Assembly: GCA_044351885.1 (NCBI GenBank)
Contig: JBILEW010000008.1
Location: 2,519-66,518 of the forward strand
DNA from: Bdellovibrionota bacterium
GTDB lineage: Bacteria > Bdellovibrionota_C > UBA2361 > OMII01
Reading direction: 5' to 3'
Length of the DNA: 64,000 nucleotides
The notes under the pieces were generated by a model. It was given only the letters and a program-made list of their open reading frames with translations, had not been told where the DNA came from and ran no database searches. A program made the translations under genes and the position numbers. Positions 62,222-64,000 of the stretch are shown piece after piece (the first letter of the stretch is position 1; every line of letters starts with the position of its first letter).

Positions 62222-62274
62222 GGCAAGCAGGGCAAACCCCTCCCTGCTACGGGTAAGTTGTGCCGCTCTTTCCC
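62222..62274 (+). mobile_element. Family A TIR-only internal-deletion derivative, sharing the TA with the preceding full copy
   Basis: GGCAAGCAGGGCAAACCCC (left-TIR-like) ...GGGTAAGTTGTGCCGCTCTTTCCC (right-end-like), with no hairpin core. Confidence 0.6.
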
Positions 62275-62458
62275 ACGGTAATTTGGAGTGTTTTCACGCA
62301 TTGCCGACTCCAGATGGCCGGTGCGAAGCGGGTAACCCGTTGACACGCGCGCTGGAGTGATAAAGGATGCGGGTGTCCGCATAGGCGTTTGAGTTGCCAT
62401 AGGTTGCGGAGAGGGCCTAAAGCCGGGTCCGCTTGGTATTTTGTTCTGTATAGGTCAC

Positions 62459-62914
62459 ATGAATCGCTTTAATCCCCGTTCCATTCTCCTATCTTTTTCA
62501 TCGGTTGCTCTGGTTGCTGTCATGGGATGTCAACCCCGCGGCGAGTCTCATACCCTGGAGCAGATCCTTTCAGATGCCCGCAGTGGCTACAGCGCCGTGG
62601 GTGTCGCGCCAGCGGCTGAGGTAGGGACGATTTTGAATCAACTCAAGACCGATCTCGACAAGCTTGCAGGGCTCGGTGGTGGTGGAGATGCTCGTGAGCT
62701 TGCTGGTGAAGTTTCGGGCATCTTGGGAGAGTTGGTGCAGAAGGCAGGGTTTACGGTCCGACCGGCCATGACCGAGCTGATGAACCAGTACAAAGCTATT
62801 GCTGATGGAAGCGGAGCAGCGGTAAGCATCGGAGCGCCCAACCTACAACTTCTCGTGGCGCGAACGTTCTCGCTGTTGACGGCTGAGATGTCGACTAGCA
62901 AGTTCGCTCTGTAA
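62459..62914 (+). CDS. Hypothetical lipoprotein
   Basis: Lipobox VALVAVMGC. The mature part is helical, Ala/Gly/Leu-rich and has no known motif. I use the ATG at 62459, internal to ORF 62441. Confidence 0.5.
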   Translation: MNRFNPRSILLSFSSVALVAVMGCQPRGESHTLEQILSDARSGYSAVGVAPAAEVGTILNQLKTDLDKLAGLGGGGDARELAGEVSGILGELVQKAGFTVRPAMTELMNQYKAIADGSGAAVSIGAPNLQLLVARTFSLLTAEMSTSKFAL

Positions 62915-62982
62915 TAGAGCGAGATTGATAATTCGCATACACGGCGACCGTTACGGTCGTGTGTAGGTAATCTTGTCGTAAC

Positions 62983-63002
62983 GGACGGCGGGGACGCCGT
63001 CC
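62983..63002 (+). repeat. Family C short hairpin GGACGGCG-ggga-CGCCGTCC
   Basis: Same stem as at 30056 and 30151, with the same ACGGACGGCG...CGCCGTCCC context. Confidence 0.8.
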
Positions 63003-63158
63003 CACCAGGGTACAACCAACACGTTAAGGAGGGGCGGCCTCCCCCCCGTCCGCACACGTTTGAACCCGCAACCACACGTCGCATGGCAAGGGAGGGAAAC
63101 CGTGTAGGTCGCCGTGCGCCGGAACCCACGACCTGCGTCATATACGCCGATTTTTGGC

Positions 63159-64000
63159 TTATTCCCCAGAAGCCCCAACGAGCGTCCGTTGAACGAAGCT
63201 CACCTTGTTCTCGATGTGGTCTCGTACCCAGTTTTGATCCCACCATTCATTGGGAGAGACTGCAACGCCCTGTACCCGCATCTCGAAGTACACCTCCTCC
63301 GAAGTTGCAAACCCGGTGCTGCCAGTTCGGCCTATCGCTTGACCAGTTGCTACCTCGCTTCCCTGGGTAACTGTTGTCTCAGAGAGGTGCGCGTAGACGG
63401 TTGCGAGTCCACAGCCGTGGTCTATTACCACCGTTGTGCCGAGGAGCCCTAAGTTGGCTACAAGAACGACACGACCCGCTTGTGCTGCCACAACTGTCGC
63501 TCGGGCGGATACTGCAAACCGGGCGCCTTGTGCGGCGCTACTGGCGATCTCGCGGTCGTTTACGGCTATCAGCCGCTTGTCGCCCACAGAGTTACTTGGA
63601 TATCCGGCGACTGGCTTGCCGAAAGGTCCGTTCCACCAGCGTTTGCTCTCTGAGGCACTCAGAGCCTCTTCGAGAACCGCTTCGTCGCGGCGAGCTATAT
63701 CGCGAAGCAAAGTTTTCAAGTCCGATGCAAGCTCTCCCGAAAGTGCCACCGATAAAGAGGATGCACGCGCATATGCAGTAAAGCGATCCCTCAACATCCC
63801 CGCCGAAGCATCGTTCAGATTGACCTTGAAGCTGGCTCCCCGTTTCTGACGCACTCTGTATCTGAACGGCGCCGATGCAGAGTTGCCGATCAGGTCTCGC
63901 GCTACGATCTTCAGAGGTGGGCTCTGATCGTTGAATCCAGATGGGATCGGAAAAAAAGCGAAGTAGACTCGCTCGTAGCTCTTGAAGGATTCGCCCCAGG
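63159..64000 (-). CDS. M23-family (LytM) metallopeptidase, N-terminus beyond the right edge
   Basis: VVIDHGCGLATVYAHLSETTVTQGSEVATGQAIGRTGSTGFATSEEVYFEMRVQGVAVSPNEWWD. The ORF-track start at 63854 is a GTG. My hand translation of the same frame stays open to nt 64000 (...WGESFKSYERVYFAFFPIPSGFNDQSPPLKIVARDLIGNSASAPFRYRV-). Confidence 0.85.
   Translation of the reverse strand, partial: WGESFKSYERVYFAFFPIPSGFNDQSPPLKIVARDLIGNSASAPFRYRVRQKRGASFKVNLNDASAGMLRDRFTAYARASSLSVALSGELASDLKTLLRDIARRDEAVLEEALSASESKRWWNGPFGKPVAGYPSNSVGDKRLIAVNDREIASSAAQGARFAVSARATVVAAQAGRVVLVANLGLLGTTVVIDHGCGLATVYAHLSETTVTQGSEVATGQAIGRTGSTGFATSEEVYFEMRVQGVAVSPNEWWDQNWVRDHIENKVSFVQRTLVGASGE

Overview
This is a 64-kb chromosomal segment from a moderately GC-rich diderm bacterium. 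I cannot place the taxon from sequence alone. I support about 60 protein genes and one tRNA (tRNA-His). There is no rRNA, CRISPR array, transposase, integrase or phage gene. Housekeeping content includes a type II secretion operon (gspC, gspD, start of gspE), a BamD-like lipoprotein, panC, dxs, pal, rarA, dtd, alaS, mgtE, pyk, dprA, 5-formyl-THF cyclo-ligase and ymdB. Also present are two two-component loci, several outer-membrane proteins and a WbaP-type sugar transferase. Two stretches look accessory and AT-richer by eye (not computed): panC to dxs (~6.5-14.4 kb) and the region after tRNA-His (~48.7-56.7 kb). The first holds an Avd-like four-helix-bundle gene, an ankyrin-repeat protein and orphan ORFs. 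The most unusual signal is non-coding. Family A is a 175-bp element with terminal inverted repeats and TA flanks, whose hairpin arms are 6-nt-periodic NNNCGT arrays. It has seven copies or fragments, four of them nested within 26.4-28.4 kb. Family B is an exactly 76-nt GGACCGCGG palindromic unit with a possible three-hairpin fold, in six copies. Family C is a short GGACGGCG-N4-CGCCGTCC hairpin, in three copies. Protein-level oddities are a GspD with a Gly/Ser-rich insert and long C-terminal extension, a 599-aa AlaRS lacking C-Ala, a sensor kinase whose H-box His appears replaced by Glu, a signal-less lipase-like protein and a histone-H1-like tail protein. I found no clear multi-gene novel system. 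All domain calls come from motif recognition by eye; no searches were run.
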